Of a stretch of DNA of 64,000 nucleotides, positions 51,277-64,000 are shown in pieces. The notes below the pieces were generated by a model, which was given only the letters and a program-made list of their open reading frames with translations, searched no databases and was not told the origin of the DNA. The position numbers and the translations under genes were made by a program. The stretch covers positions 186,001-250,000 of the forward strand of contig JALMLS010000015.1 of NCBI GenBank assembly GCA_038496445.1. The letters run 5' to 3'. How positions within the stretch are numbered: position 1 is the stretch's first letter; each line of letters starts with the position of its first letter. The stretch comes from Trichosphaerium sp. ATCC 40318. Its lineage: Eukaryota; Protista; Tubulinea.

Positions 51277-54068
51277 ATGACGACAGCAGTGTATTCTCAA
51301 AGGAATTTAGGGCCTCAGCAGCAAGGTAAGTGCATTACTACCACTTTTTACTAAAGGCCTCACCACCCAACGTAGAGCGGCCGTGAATACGCTAAAACTA
51401 AGTAATTACATTGATTCTGTCGTTACGGACAATTCGCATAACTACTTCACTCAAAGTGTACTTCAGTCCGTTTTCGACCTTAAAAAAGCGATAAAAAGCT
51501 ATATAGAAGAAGCTAGAACGAGTTATGTTAACCGTGGAGGTATAGCGCCATTATCAAGCAAAATAGCTCATATCGCTGCAAAGTACGCTTCATCGCCGTC
51601 CAATTTTTGTAGAAATCAACTTGCTTTCCAAAACAAAAAGTTGTCACGTGGTTAAACAAAAGATTTTAGTTTACGATCTATTATTGCCGCAACAAGCTCA
51701 TGGCATTCTACGGATATTATTGATCCACCTCCTCAAAACACATTGTCAAGTGTACCAGAATATATGGCCCCTCAAAGTACACTGTCGGTTCACCATAGTC
51801 CACGAAGTGTTGTCGAAAATAAGAATGCACCATCAACTGCGCCTGAAAATAAGCTTCCTCTGTTATCTCTTAGCAGTGCTCCAATACCAACGATATCTAT
51901 TGATGAACCTGGTTCTCCGCCTGTTGTATCCCCGCTAGTAAGAAGAAAACCATCACTAGGTGATTCAGGAAGAAGTATTTCTTCTAGGCAGTTGCCTAGA
52001 AAAAAAATTACACAAAAACATGTTAAACGAAGCGTTTCTTCTAATTGTATTGCTGATATGTTATCTGATGATACGGCAATATCTACAAGAAAGCGTCCAA
52101 TGGCCATGAGATTTACAAGGGCACCACTAGGCACGTTTTTTCCTCGAGTAACGGCCTGTCCTTGGAAGAACTTGAAATATCTGATTGTTTTTTAGGCGTT
52201 GTTTATAAATCCAAGAAGGATGTTTATAAACCTGATAGTCTTGTTGACCCACTTGGATTTATAATTCCAAACGAAGATGAAGTATTGTTTGGAGAGTTTT
52301 TAGCATGCTACGCTGTTAGTAATCACACAAGGAGTAAAGTGTGGGACACAAAAATGGTATGTACTTTCTATTTCCTGTTTTTTTCTTAATGATATATTTC
52401 TAAGTAAGTGTACCATAATGCTAATAATTTTATTGAAGGAAACTCTAAGATTATTTGATGACCAGTACGTTGAGAAGTTATCTTCAAAAATGAGAACTCA
52501 AAGGTGCTACTCCTTTCGCTTTTGCATTGAAACAAACATCAATCTCACATTTTTTTCTTTCTTTAGAGGAAGTATTAATATGCCTTGGATAATGACAAAA
52601 GAGAGCGAAATTAGACAAATGATACATAGAGGTATACCCCACCATTTAAGACGAAAGGTATAACACATTGTTTATGAATACAGTTGAGAAAGAAATCTTA
52701 GTTGTTTTTTTCTCCTATTTGGATTTGTTTTTGGTCTTTTCTCGGTTTAATCTGTTGTAGGTGTGGCCTATGATTAGTGGATGTAATCAATACAAATTTA
52801 AGTATCCTTCTGGGTATTATGATGCTTTACCTAAGTGTGACAGTCCGTGGCTTGTAGACATTGATAAAGATGTCATTAGAACTTTTACTCAAAATGTAAA
52901 ATTCCCAACTGAGCATAGAAAAAAGCTGCGAAAAGTACTTATAGCATTATCTCTTCATAACAAACTTATTGGTACGAATATGTTGGGAATAGTTTGTTTA
53001 CATTAGTTATTACAGTAAAAATGAGGTTAGTCCATAACATGACACTTTAGGATACTGTCAAGGCATCAATAATATATGTGGAATGCTGCTTTTAGTTCTT
53101 GAAGAAGAGGAGACTTTTTGGATGCTTTGTACTATCCTTGAGACTCTTGTACCGCCTAATTATCACTCTGAGGTATGTATAGATTATTTTAGTGTGAGGC
53201 TAATAGTTGGAGTAGACTTTACGTGCTTGTCAGTGTGATCAAGAAGTTTTGAGCTGTTTAGCTAAAGATAAGATTCCAAATATTTGGCATCATATGCAAC
53301 GATTGCAGGTTTCCTTTGCTATGATAAGTACTGGTTGGTTCTTACAGATATTTTCAGCTACTCTACCATCGGAGGTATGAATGATACTTTCTTTTCTTGC
53401 TCCTTGTTTATTAGGACGATTTTTCTTTGTTTGCCGTTCTTATATTTTTCGTACTTATTTGTTAATTTTTTGTTTGAATAGACACTGTTGAGGGTTTGGG
53501 ATACGTTCTTCTTAGAAGGATCAAAAGTATTATTTAGGACTACAATTGCATTGATAAAAATGCATGAATCTGCTATTCTTGCTACAAGAGATGCTTCTAG
53601 CCTTCTCCTGGAGCTACAAAATTGTGCAAAAAGGGTACGAGATTTTTCAAAAAACAAATACTCTCACAGCAAATCAAACAATCAACAAAATTGTTTTATC
53701 ATCAACACGTTAGTTTTTGTTCATCACGTGTTTTTGTTTGCTTATTAAAGAAGTACACCATGGCTTTTTTTTATTTACAATAACAGTGAAGGAATGATTC
53801 TATTTCAAGCCTCACAAGTCTGTCTCACATGAATCTCTTGCTTGCGCTATAACTTTTTTTGGTATTAACTCTAATGCTCTAGTGTTATAATGCTGATAAA
53901 CTGGCTACTATTTCATACCGCAATGTTGGTAGATTTCCAAACAGAAAGATCGATAGGCTCAGAAAACACTTTATGGCAAGTGCTGAAACTGAAGATATTG
54001 ACCGCAATATACGCCCATCTCCTCCTAGGATACGTCCAGGTGTTAGAACACGATCACTAACATTCTGA
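51277..54068 (+). CDS. TBC-domain Rab GTPase-activating protein
   Basis: RGIPHHLRRKVW, IDKDVIRTF (R finger), GYCQG (Q finger), EEETFWML, LRVWDTFFLEGSKVLFR. Confidence 0.9.
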
Positions 54069-54580
54069 AAACAAACCAACGTTCAACAAAAGAAAAGAAA
54101 TAACAACTGTACATAAATTTTAAAGCCGTTAACAGAACTTGTTTAAAAGGATTGCCTTTGTAGTTTTATTACCTAGTACACATCTTGATGTAAGATTTTC
54201 TTAGTTGTTGGTTAGATGTAGAGCATTAAAACCAATGGCTTTGTGGTCCTTTACGCAAGTGCAATATTGTTCCTTGAAGGTGCACTAGTCTTGTAATTTC
54301 TCCCTGAAGGTATTGCAAAATGGCTAAATACAAATTCAATACATTAATATTACCAATGGTACCCCAAAGAACCCAATCTAGCCAGTAGTGCCAACCACAA
54401 GATTGAACTTTATTGATTGTATGAAGATAAGCACTTCATAATACTACTAAATGCACTAAAGATAAACTAAACATTGCACAACAGCTGTAACCAAATCAAT
54501 AGGTCAAATCTAACAACTTATTGTGCGTTTAACTTATTCAATTAGACTTTACAATAAATTGAGTTTTTTATTTGTTATGA

Positions 54581-55842
54581 TTAAAAACATTTTCTATGAA
54601 CAAGACTTGGACCATATTCATCATATTCTTCGTCAGACATAGCAGATTGTAAGTACAAATTGCTAAGACTTCCTAAAATAGATCCACCAACCCAAGCAGC
54701 AATACTTCTTTTAGGAGGTTGTATAGCCTTAACAGTAATAGTACTCGGAGCTATATTCATTAAATCATATTGTAAACGATCACCAAAACCAGGAATCATA
54801 GAGGAACCACCAGTAACAAGAACATTACGATAAAAAGTAGTACACAGTGACATGTCACATTTCCTAATTCCTTCCTGTATTATCTCAACTATTTTTCTTT
54901 TTTCTTCAACTCCTTCAATAAGACTAGGATTTAATAACACCTCAGGACAAGTATATTGTTCCTTAGATAAAACAAAGGAGTGTCCATTCATATCATATTT
55001 CAATTCTTTATCCAATTTCTTACTATAAAATGGAAGTCCTGGATCCATACAACAAACAGACTCTTTCATTGTATTATAGCTTTCAAAGGAAGGAGTGAAA
55101 GGCTTATCTGAGGATACTCTTTGTGGCTCTGGAGCTATTTTCATCAGATACTCTGTTACATCCTTACCTCCAACTTTTATGCAATATGATGCATGTTTTA
55201 GTACTTTATCTGCAAATATATATGTTATGTATGTAACATCGTAATTTGATTGAACTACACAACCCTCTGATCGTCCAGTTGCAAATAATGCAAGTACAGG
55301 ACGCGGCATGAGTAGTAAGTGGGGTGTTTTGTATTTTTCGAACATAATCTCTGTTGTCTTTTCTCTACAAGTTCATTTCATTAGCGGTTGATTGTTAAAA
55401 GGTTTGTTGCTACCTATTTTCGTTTGGGTTCATTGGCGCTTCTGTGAGAATAACTCCTGTCTCTTCAGGGGATGCACAAGCACCTTCATACATAGCATAA
55501 CGCCATATCTCATCGATAGCATCGAAATCGGTTATGTGGCCATGTTTTACTGGGTATTTCAACTCCAATATGTCTCGTAGCTTTTGGGCTTCGTTTCCAA
55601 CGTATGACCGCGGTTTTGCGTTCGTTTTACCTTGATCGGATTTCGCTTTACCCCAAACCGTTGGAAAAGTAGTAAATGGGTCATCAGAACCCGCAATACC
55701 CACTCTGCACGTCCTGGAGCCAGTATCAATTACAATGGGATCTAATTATGGGTCAACTCGACCATAAACCATCGCTCAGCGAATGGCGCTTGGTGCTAAA
55801 CAACTAAAACTAGTTTCTTCACGTACAATCGTCTTCAGACAT
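54581..55842 (-). CDS. Divergent actin / actin-related protein (2 introns)
   Basis: PIVIDTGSRTCRVGIAG, LKYPVKHG, VILTEAPMNP, GGKDVTEYL, NVLVTGGSSMIPG, AWVGGSILGSL, EYDEYGPSLVHRKCF. Confidence 0.9.
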
Positions 55843-56284
55843 TTAGAAACTCGGTGCTTGTGATAGAAAACACAATCGTACTACACAAGACTCTTGTCAA
55901 GTGATAAGCAACGTATTGAGTGAAGGCGCGTTTAAGGCAGAAATAGATAAGGCAATGTTTCAAAGAGCAATAACAGGCTGTGCAGTGTCGTTTATTCGCT
56001 ACTCAATCTCTTCTACGCGAAAACCAAACGTTAAAGGTGCTTTTCATCACTACAAACTGTTACTAACAAAAACGACTAGTTTTTAGCTCCAAACGCATAC
56101 ACACAGTATTTAGTACCAATTTACGCGTCAGATTATCCAGTTGCGTAACAACATTATTTCTCCGCTATCGCGTTTAATTTCGCCCGGTCTGACAGCCATC
56201 GCGATAATAATACACCGCGTTTGACCAACAAACCATAACACAAAGCAAAACACTTACACTTTAATAGCCACAAATATAGCAGCG

Positions 56285-57596
56285 ATGGCGTCACAAGTAC
56301 CTATAATGACTTGGCAACAGCTAGAAAGCATGACAGACTACAGTATTGATTACGTGAACGGTCCTACAAACCCGCAGTCCAAGCTTCGTCTCTTTGGCAA
56401 ATCTGAGTCTGATGTTCGCGTCACACTATTCAGAGATCATCACGCTTGGTGTCCTTACTGCCAAAAGATTTGGTTGTGGCTAGAAGAGAAGAAAATCCCA
56501 TACAAAGTTGAAAAGGTCACAATGTTCTGCTACGGCGCAAAGGAGCCATGGTATAAGCGTAAAGTACCTTCTGGTATGCTTCCAGCAATAGAACTAGACG
56601 GTAGAATCATTACAGAGAGCGATGATATCATAGTCGCTTTAGAAAAAGTATACGGTCCTTTACAGAAGGGAATGCGTGATTCAAGAGTTGTTCCACTTCG
56701 ACAGCTCGAAAGACTCCTCTTCAGGGCTTGGTGCGCATGGCTATGTCGTCCTCTTCGATCAAAACGCGAAGAAGACGCTATGCGTGCTAAGTTTCAGCAA
56801 ATAATGTCAAAAGTTGAAGAAGCACTTGGACGCACAGAAGGTCCTTATTTTCTTGAAAAATTCGGAACAACTGATGTCATTTTTACTCCTTATGTTGAGA
56901 GGATGAATGCCAGTTTATATTACTACAAAGGATATAATATGCGTAAAGAGAATCCTAAGTTTGGTGAATGGATGGATGCTATGGAAACACGTGATACTTA
57001 TCGTGGTACTCAGAGTGATCTACATACACATGTTCATGATTTACCTCCTCAAATGGGTGGTTGTTGGGAGAGTGGTGCGCCAGAGATGCTTGAGTGTAAA
57101 GATAGAGTAAATAACGGACCTTGGGAAGGACTTCCTGATGTTGGTTTTCCTGAACCTAAAATGTCAAAGGAAGAAGCTCTTTATCGTGTTTGTAAGCATA
57201 GAGATAATGTTATCAAGACAAACCCTGCCGATAATACATTATTTGATACAGCGCTCAGATGCGCATTAACAAATATGATGACAGGGAAAGGTACAAACAA
57301 AGAAAATTTTGAGAAAAAAAAACCTTGATGTATTTTGAAGCAGTTTTGGTTGCTCAGTGTTTTGTTGTGGTTGTTTGTTAATGTTGTTTTTAGTTTGTAC
57401 ACCTCCAAGCGGATCAGATGTAGCATTGAGATACATGAGAGATCATATAAGTGTACCAAGAGATATGTCAGTATGGGCAGCACGTGTCTTACGAAAATCT
57501 CTTGAAAGTACAGCTGCTTTGGCTGGGGACGGGCAAAGTAAGCCGCTAACGAAGAATCATCGTCGTGACCAAGATCCTACACGTTTTGCTAATTAA
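56285..57596 (+). CDS. Glutathione S-transferase family protein (CPYC type), one intron at 57291-57392
   Basis: [59 protein letters not shown]. Confidence 0.9.
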
Positions 57597-57845
57597 CAAT
57601 AACACTCATGCAAATGCGCTACACTCGCTGTAATTCCGATAAAAACTGTTTAATAAAATTCTGTTTGTTCTTTTCTAGTATGATTTGCCACAATCATTAG
57701 TTATAAAGAGATGGTTTCTGCAATGAAGCAAAACAAATACTTCTTTGAACCGATGGAATGCGAAAGACAACTCCGTAAAGAGCACATACTATCTTATAAA
57801 ATAATGCTGACAAGATGTGTCACGTGTTTATTATTATTTGTCTGT

Positions 57846-59427
<1,582 letters not shown>

Positions 59428-60112
59428 AGTAAATACTAACCAGCTTTTCCAAACCACGTACTTTGTTGATCAACCAGCTACTAAAAAGTTTTTCAGTTGA
59501 CTTTCCAAGACAATTCGTGTTTACCTCAATTCAACGTAACGCTTATGTCTTGGATAAGGGAATATAACGTAACTTCCTTATTACTCTTAACACTGTAACT
59601 GCAGGTATTGTTGCTGAGTTGTGCAACAAAAATTCAACACATTACTTATCACTTGACATGGGTAGTTTGTGAAATGGGTGTTTCTACGAACTGAAGGAGA
59701 TTGAGTTTTATTAGGATGTCTTGACATTGTAAGATTTACAACATTAATTGTCCGTAAAAAACATATCAGCTTTATATTTCTCTTTTAAGTGTAGACTGTG
59801 GCAAATACTTGAAGAGCAACTGTATGTATTTGCCTCAAAGAGCCTATATGGGTTTCTCAAGTACAATATCTAAGCAGTAATAAAGATACCTCCCAGCAAA
59901 ACAACGCCGACCTGCGTGTCAGGTATTAAGTCAGACTATGTGAACTATTTTACAATAGCGTGACACCAAATAACTAGAGTCTGTGTTCAAGTCACACTTC
60001 ATACTGTTTCCCTACCAATAGAGACTTGACAGTCTTCATAGATTTATCCTTTATCTTAATAAATACCCAAAATCACACGGCGCGTGGAACAAAACGTGAT
60101 ATTCTTATAACA

Positions 60113-62411
60113 ATGCAACCAAAAAGCGTTTCTCTTGTTATCTCAGTCTTACTATCATGCTTTGCATTTGCTCAAGTAACGGAAGGTATGTGGCTGTACA
60201 ACATTAAAACTTCTGCACCAGCTGAAACAAAAAAAAGAGCTCTGTAGTTACTTTTAAAACCACTTTACCAACTTTTCTTCCAACCACTGTAAACAATAGT
60301 GAGGTGGTTTTTTGTTTTGTTTTTTTGCTCGCCTTTATGACCTACGAACAACTGAAGCTACGTGCTGCTACATTGACTAAGTACTCGGAAACACTAGTTA
60401 GTATAATTTAATTTGTTTCGGGTTTTTAATTTAGGCGCGTGGCATTTGTTTATCCACAACTGTTTGTAGTTAATGACATACACATTGCTAACTCATTTTT
60501 TGAAAGAACTAAGCTTTGGTGTTGAACCTGGCGCTGAGTGCTTGCTTGTAGTCGACAACTGGATAATTGTGTGCTCTAATCACTCTCTAACGTATTACCT
60601 GTGGAATGGTAAGTCCTGAAACCCTTGACAAGTCATCCCTTACAATTTCTAGGTACCGCTATACTTGCGAACCACACAAAACCCTTCTGGGACGATGTCA
60701 ACCAAGCCTATAAAAATGGACATCCTCAAGGTGAGACAAAAGTTGTATGAACTAATATCAACAATACCTAAAGGTATTACTACTGGAAGTATACTAGCCG
60801 ATATTTTTGTAACTACTGGTTCGGAGAATGACAGCCAAATAGTACGCTCCTCTTTCTTAATTTTTCCACATGTGCCACGCAAATAACTTGAAATTGTAGG
60901 CGGTTTTAGATAGTGATTTCAATTTCACGCGAGCCTTGCATTTAAGTTTAATCAACAGTCCAAATTATGCACAGATAGCTATTGATCCTTCTGATACATA
61001 TATTCTTGTTGCTGTGTTTGGAACTATTCCTGGTATCTACCAGTACCTCATTGACGATGGTACCAAACAGATATTTACGTTGAATATGACCCATTTCAGG
61101 TTCTCACACAGGTACTTATCAAGCCTCTTATAATGCTAGTACGCCACAGGTACAGCAGGATTCGAATTCCTATTAGTGGTCATCTGACACCTATGGTGAC
61201 CTTTCTAATAGCTAGTAGGGAGTATCATTCATTACCACTGACGTACTAATTGTACCATCAACCGGCTACCTGTTCTACTTTAACTTTAGTACATTTCATT
61301 CAACAGTTCTTTTTGTATAACAATAATGCGATCTCTAGTGGAATATGGCCAACCAAATGGCCAAATTGCAAACAGCATACCTATGGAGGATCAAGGTGTA
61401 CACGCATACTCTTGGGCAGATGTTTTTATACTTGAGAGCACCCGTGTTCGCCTTTTTTTTAACAATGGTATCTAACAAATATTATACCAAAACTGCCCTA
61501 TATTTACAGTATTTAGGAAGTTTTGCAGGAATCCCTGTAGGTCCTCCATCCTCGGCAGTCAAAGTGACAATAGACAGATATGGAAATATCTTTTGGATAA
61601 CCAACGTAGTGTTGACTGTTTCTCCAAAACCAGCGTTCATACCACAAGCTCCAACTTTTATACCTACCACTATGTCAACCCCAACATCTATACAACCTGT
61701 TACAGCTACACCTCAGGCTCCACGTGCGCTTTTTGCTAGCTAATTTTGTGTAAACTAAGTACTTTTAGCAATCGTTTGTGCTACAGGAACATGTAGAATA
61801 GAAGGTGATTATATTATCGCACAAGACATTTCTATTGTCGGAAATAGCTCTATTGTCGTAACTGGTGAGTTTTTGTATCTACAATAATGGTTGATGAAAG
61901 TTGTTTAGGTGACGTAGAATGGAAATCAGGAAGTGTTCTTACTCTTGATTACTTGACGAATGTTACAGTAAAAGGATGTTTAAACTTGACAAATGCTTCA
62001 ATTGTACTTGTTCCTCCTTCTGACAAAAACTCGTTGGCATCTCGAGATCGTGCACTCCTCTTCAGTGCATCAGAGTGCGATATTGATACAAGTGGATTGC
62101 TGGTAGACTTTGGAATACTTGAGTGTATAAACCCATCTCTTGATACATCAGGTACCAAATGAACACTTTACAACTTTCTAATTATATTTGAAGGGCTGAG
62201 GAAGATTTTTGTATTGTTTGATGACACATGCCAAGGTAGTACTAGCAACGTTGTGAAGTACTCATTGATCGTTGTTGGTATTGTGGCGGGTTTGATAATA
62301 TTGTTGCTGATTGTTGGTGTCATCTGGAAACCTCAGATATTCTTCCCATTTCACAACTACAGAAAAAAAAGACAGCGAGAAAATGCCAAGATCAAAAGTG
62401 AGCAGTTGTAA
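60113..62411 (+). CDS. Type I membrane protein: signal peptide, beta-rich ectodomain, P/T-rich stalk, single TM helix
   Basis: MQPKSVSLVISVLLSCFAFA signal, PAFIPQAPTFIPTTMSTPTS stalk, LIVVGIVAGLIILLLIVGVIW TM and a short basic tail. Confidence 0.75.
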
Positions 62412-62729
62412 ATAAAGCATGCTTCCATATTTACTTAGATTATAACCTGTATTGAGAATTCACTGACCTTAGTATTTTTAGTGTATCAGCAGTTTTCATT
62501 GAGTTACTCTTCAACACTTGTTTCTTTGAAAAAATACAGGTTGTAATTTGCTAACCAACATCGCTTTTGGGTAATATCTATTCGCTCTGCACTTACAAGA
62601 ATTAGTTTTAGTGAAGAGTAGAAGTATCTTACTGTTCTCCAAAAAATTAGACGAATTTCACTAGGTCAAAGACGCTCTAATTATTAGTACCTGGTAGCTT
62701 AAAAAAACCTGATAGGATTCCATTTTCTA

Positions 62730-64000
62730 ATGCCAAACAGAAACATTTTAATGTTTCTCCTTCTATCTACCTTCGCTTGTATTATGCTGAATGCTCAACC
62801 CGAAGGTACGTTCCGAGCTTGTTAGACAAATAGTTTTCCAAACCGAAGAAACAGCTGCTTGCCCTGTAGCCATTCTTTGGCTAAGTGGCGTAGTAATTAC
62901 TGGTTTTTGATTTAAAATCCGCTTTTTTGTGAGGTTCTACAGTTACTAAAGTTGTTGAGAACCAAACCATAGGTTTAGATACTATGCTAGGCGTTAGCAA
63001 TTTCTAGATTTAATTGTCCACGTGACCGAGTACTAAGAATTTTTATTTTCTAGAGCTGTATGCTATGGATATTGAAGCTGGCTCTGAATGCTTACTTGTC
63101 GTCGACGAAAGGCTACTAGTTTGCTCTAATCGATCATTAGTTGTTTACAACTGGTCAGGTAATTAGCTTATCTTGTAGCGCCTTGACCTAACGCCTGCGA
63201 ATATGTACAGGAGACATGTATACGCTAAGTGTTAGAAAAATCAATTGGGGGAACGATGCGGATGATACCTTTCGCGATTCCCATCCCCAAGGTACCATAG
63301 CGATGAAAGGAAGCTGTAAGATTAACATCAAATAAATAGGTATTGCCACAGGAAGATACTTGTCTGATATTTTTGTTACGACTGGTTTTACTGACGAGAG
63401 GCAGATAGTACGAGCTTGTTTTCTTACTATTGTGATAAGTTTTTTAGGCTGTTTTAGATAGCGAGCTAAGTTTGAGAAGAACTCTAAGTTTAGATTTAAA
63501 CTTGATCGATCCAGATTATAGACAGATAACTATTGATCCTTCTGATACTTATATACTCGTTTCTGTCTTTAAACCAATCGCTGGTATCTACCAGTATTTT
63601 ATTAATGGTGAGATAATAATTTTTCGCACACTGCTTACCATGATAGGCACTCACACTGGTACGTACAAAGCCAACTATGGTGAAGACTTCCCTCAGGTAC
63701 TGTTACACAATCAAATGCGCTCTACCAACAACATGCTCTAACATTGAATAGGGAGTAGGGTTTATATCAAATGATGTGCTAACAGTACCATCTACCAAAT
63801 TCCTGTTGTACTTTACAATTGGTACGTATGTGCTCCTTTGTTTTTTCTTGTAATGTGCACTGTTAAGGTGACTATGACCAGCCAACACATAACACAACAA
63901 ATCCCGATCCTTTCAAAGGTCAGGCTATACATGCATATCCTAGCAACGACTTCTTCATACTGGAGAGTGAAAACGGAGCATTTTTGCTTCATAGTAATGG
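62730..64000 (+). CDS. Tandem paralog of the 60113 surface protein (runs off the window)
   Basis: Signal peptide, plus shared ECLLVVD...VCSN, HPQG, DIFVTTG and QIxIDPSDTYILV...GIYQY motifs with the same intron positions. Confidence 0.75.

Overview
A gene-dense, AT-rich eukaryotic window, most likely from a free-living protist (amoebozoan-like is an inference). It uses the standard code, has many short introns (about 40-200 nt, dominant donor GTACGT) and several GC-AG introns. Conserved genes: U2AF65, UGGT, mitochondrial citrate carrier, ATG11/FIP200, nucleoside hydrolase, 2OG-Fe(II) oxygenase, APC amino-acid permease, TBC Rab-GAP, GST and proline iminopeptidase. Between them lie intron-poor, fast-turnover accessory genes: F-box-LRR and F-box-MORN2 genes and pseudogenes, a tandem triplet of divergent histidine-phosphatase-like genes, and tandem surface proteins. 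The most striking candidates are four. (1) An apparently split cyclase-associated protein (CAP/Srv2): a gene of four tandem N-CAP helical domains converges on a ubiquitin-like + C-CAP gene. (2) An unrecognised small-protein family occurs twice, each time beside F-box-LRR genes, as in a toxin/antidote module. (3) An F-box-cytochrome b5 fusion is invisible in the ORF track. (4) A repeat-array + PD-(D/E)XK nuclease protein. All gene models were built by eye and no database searches were run.
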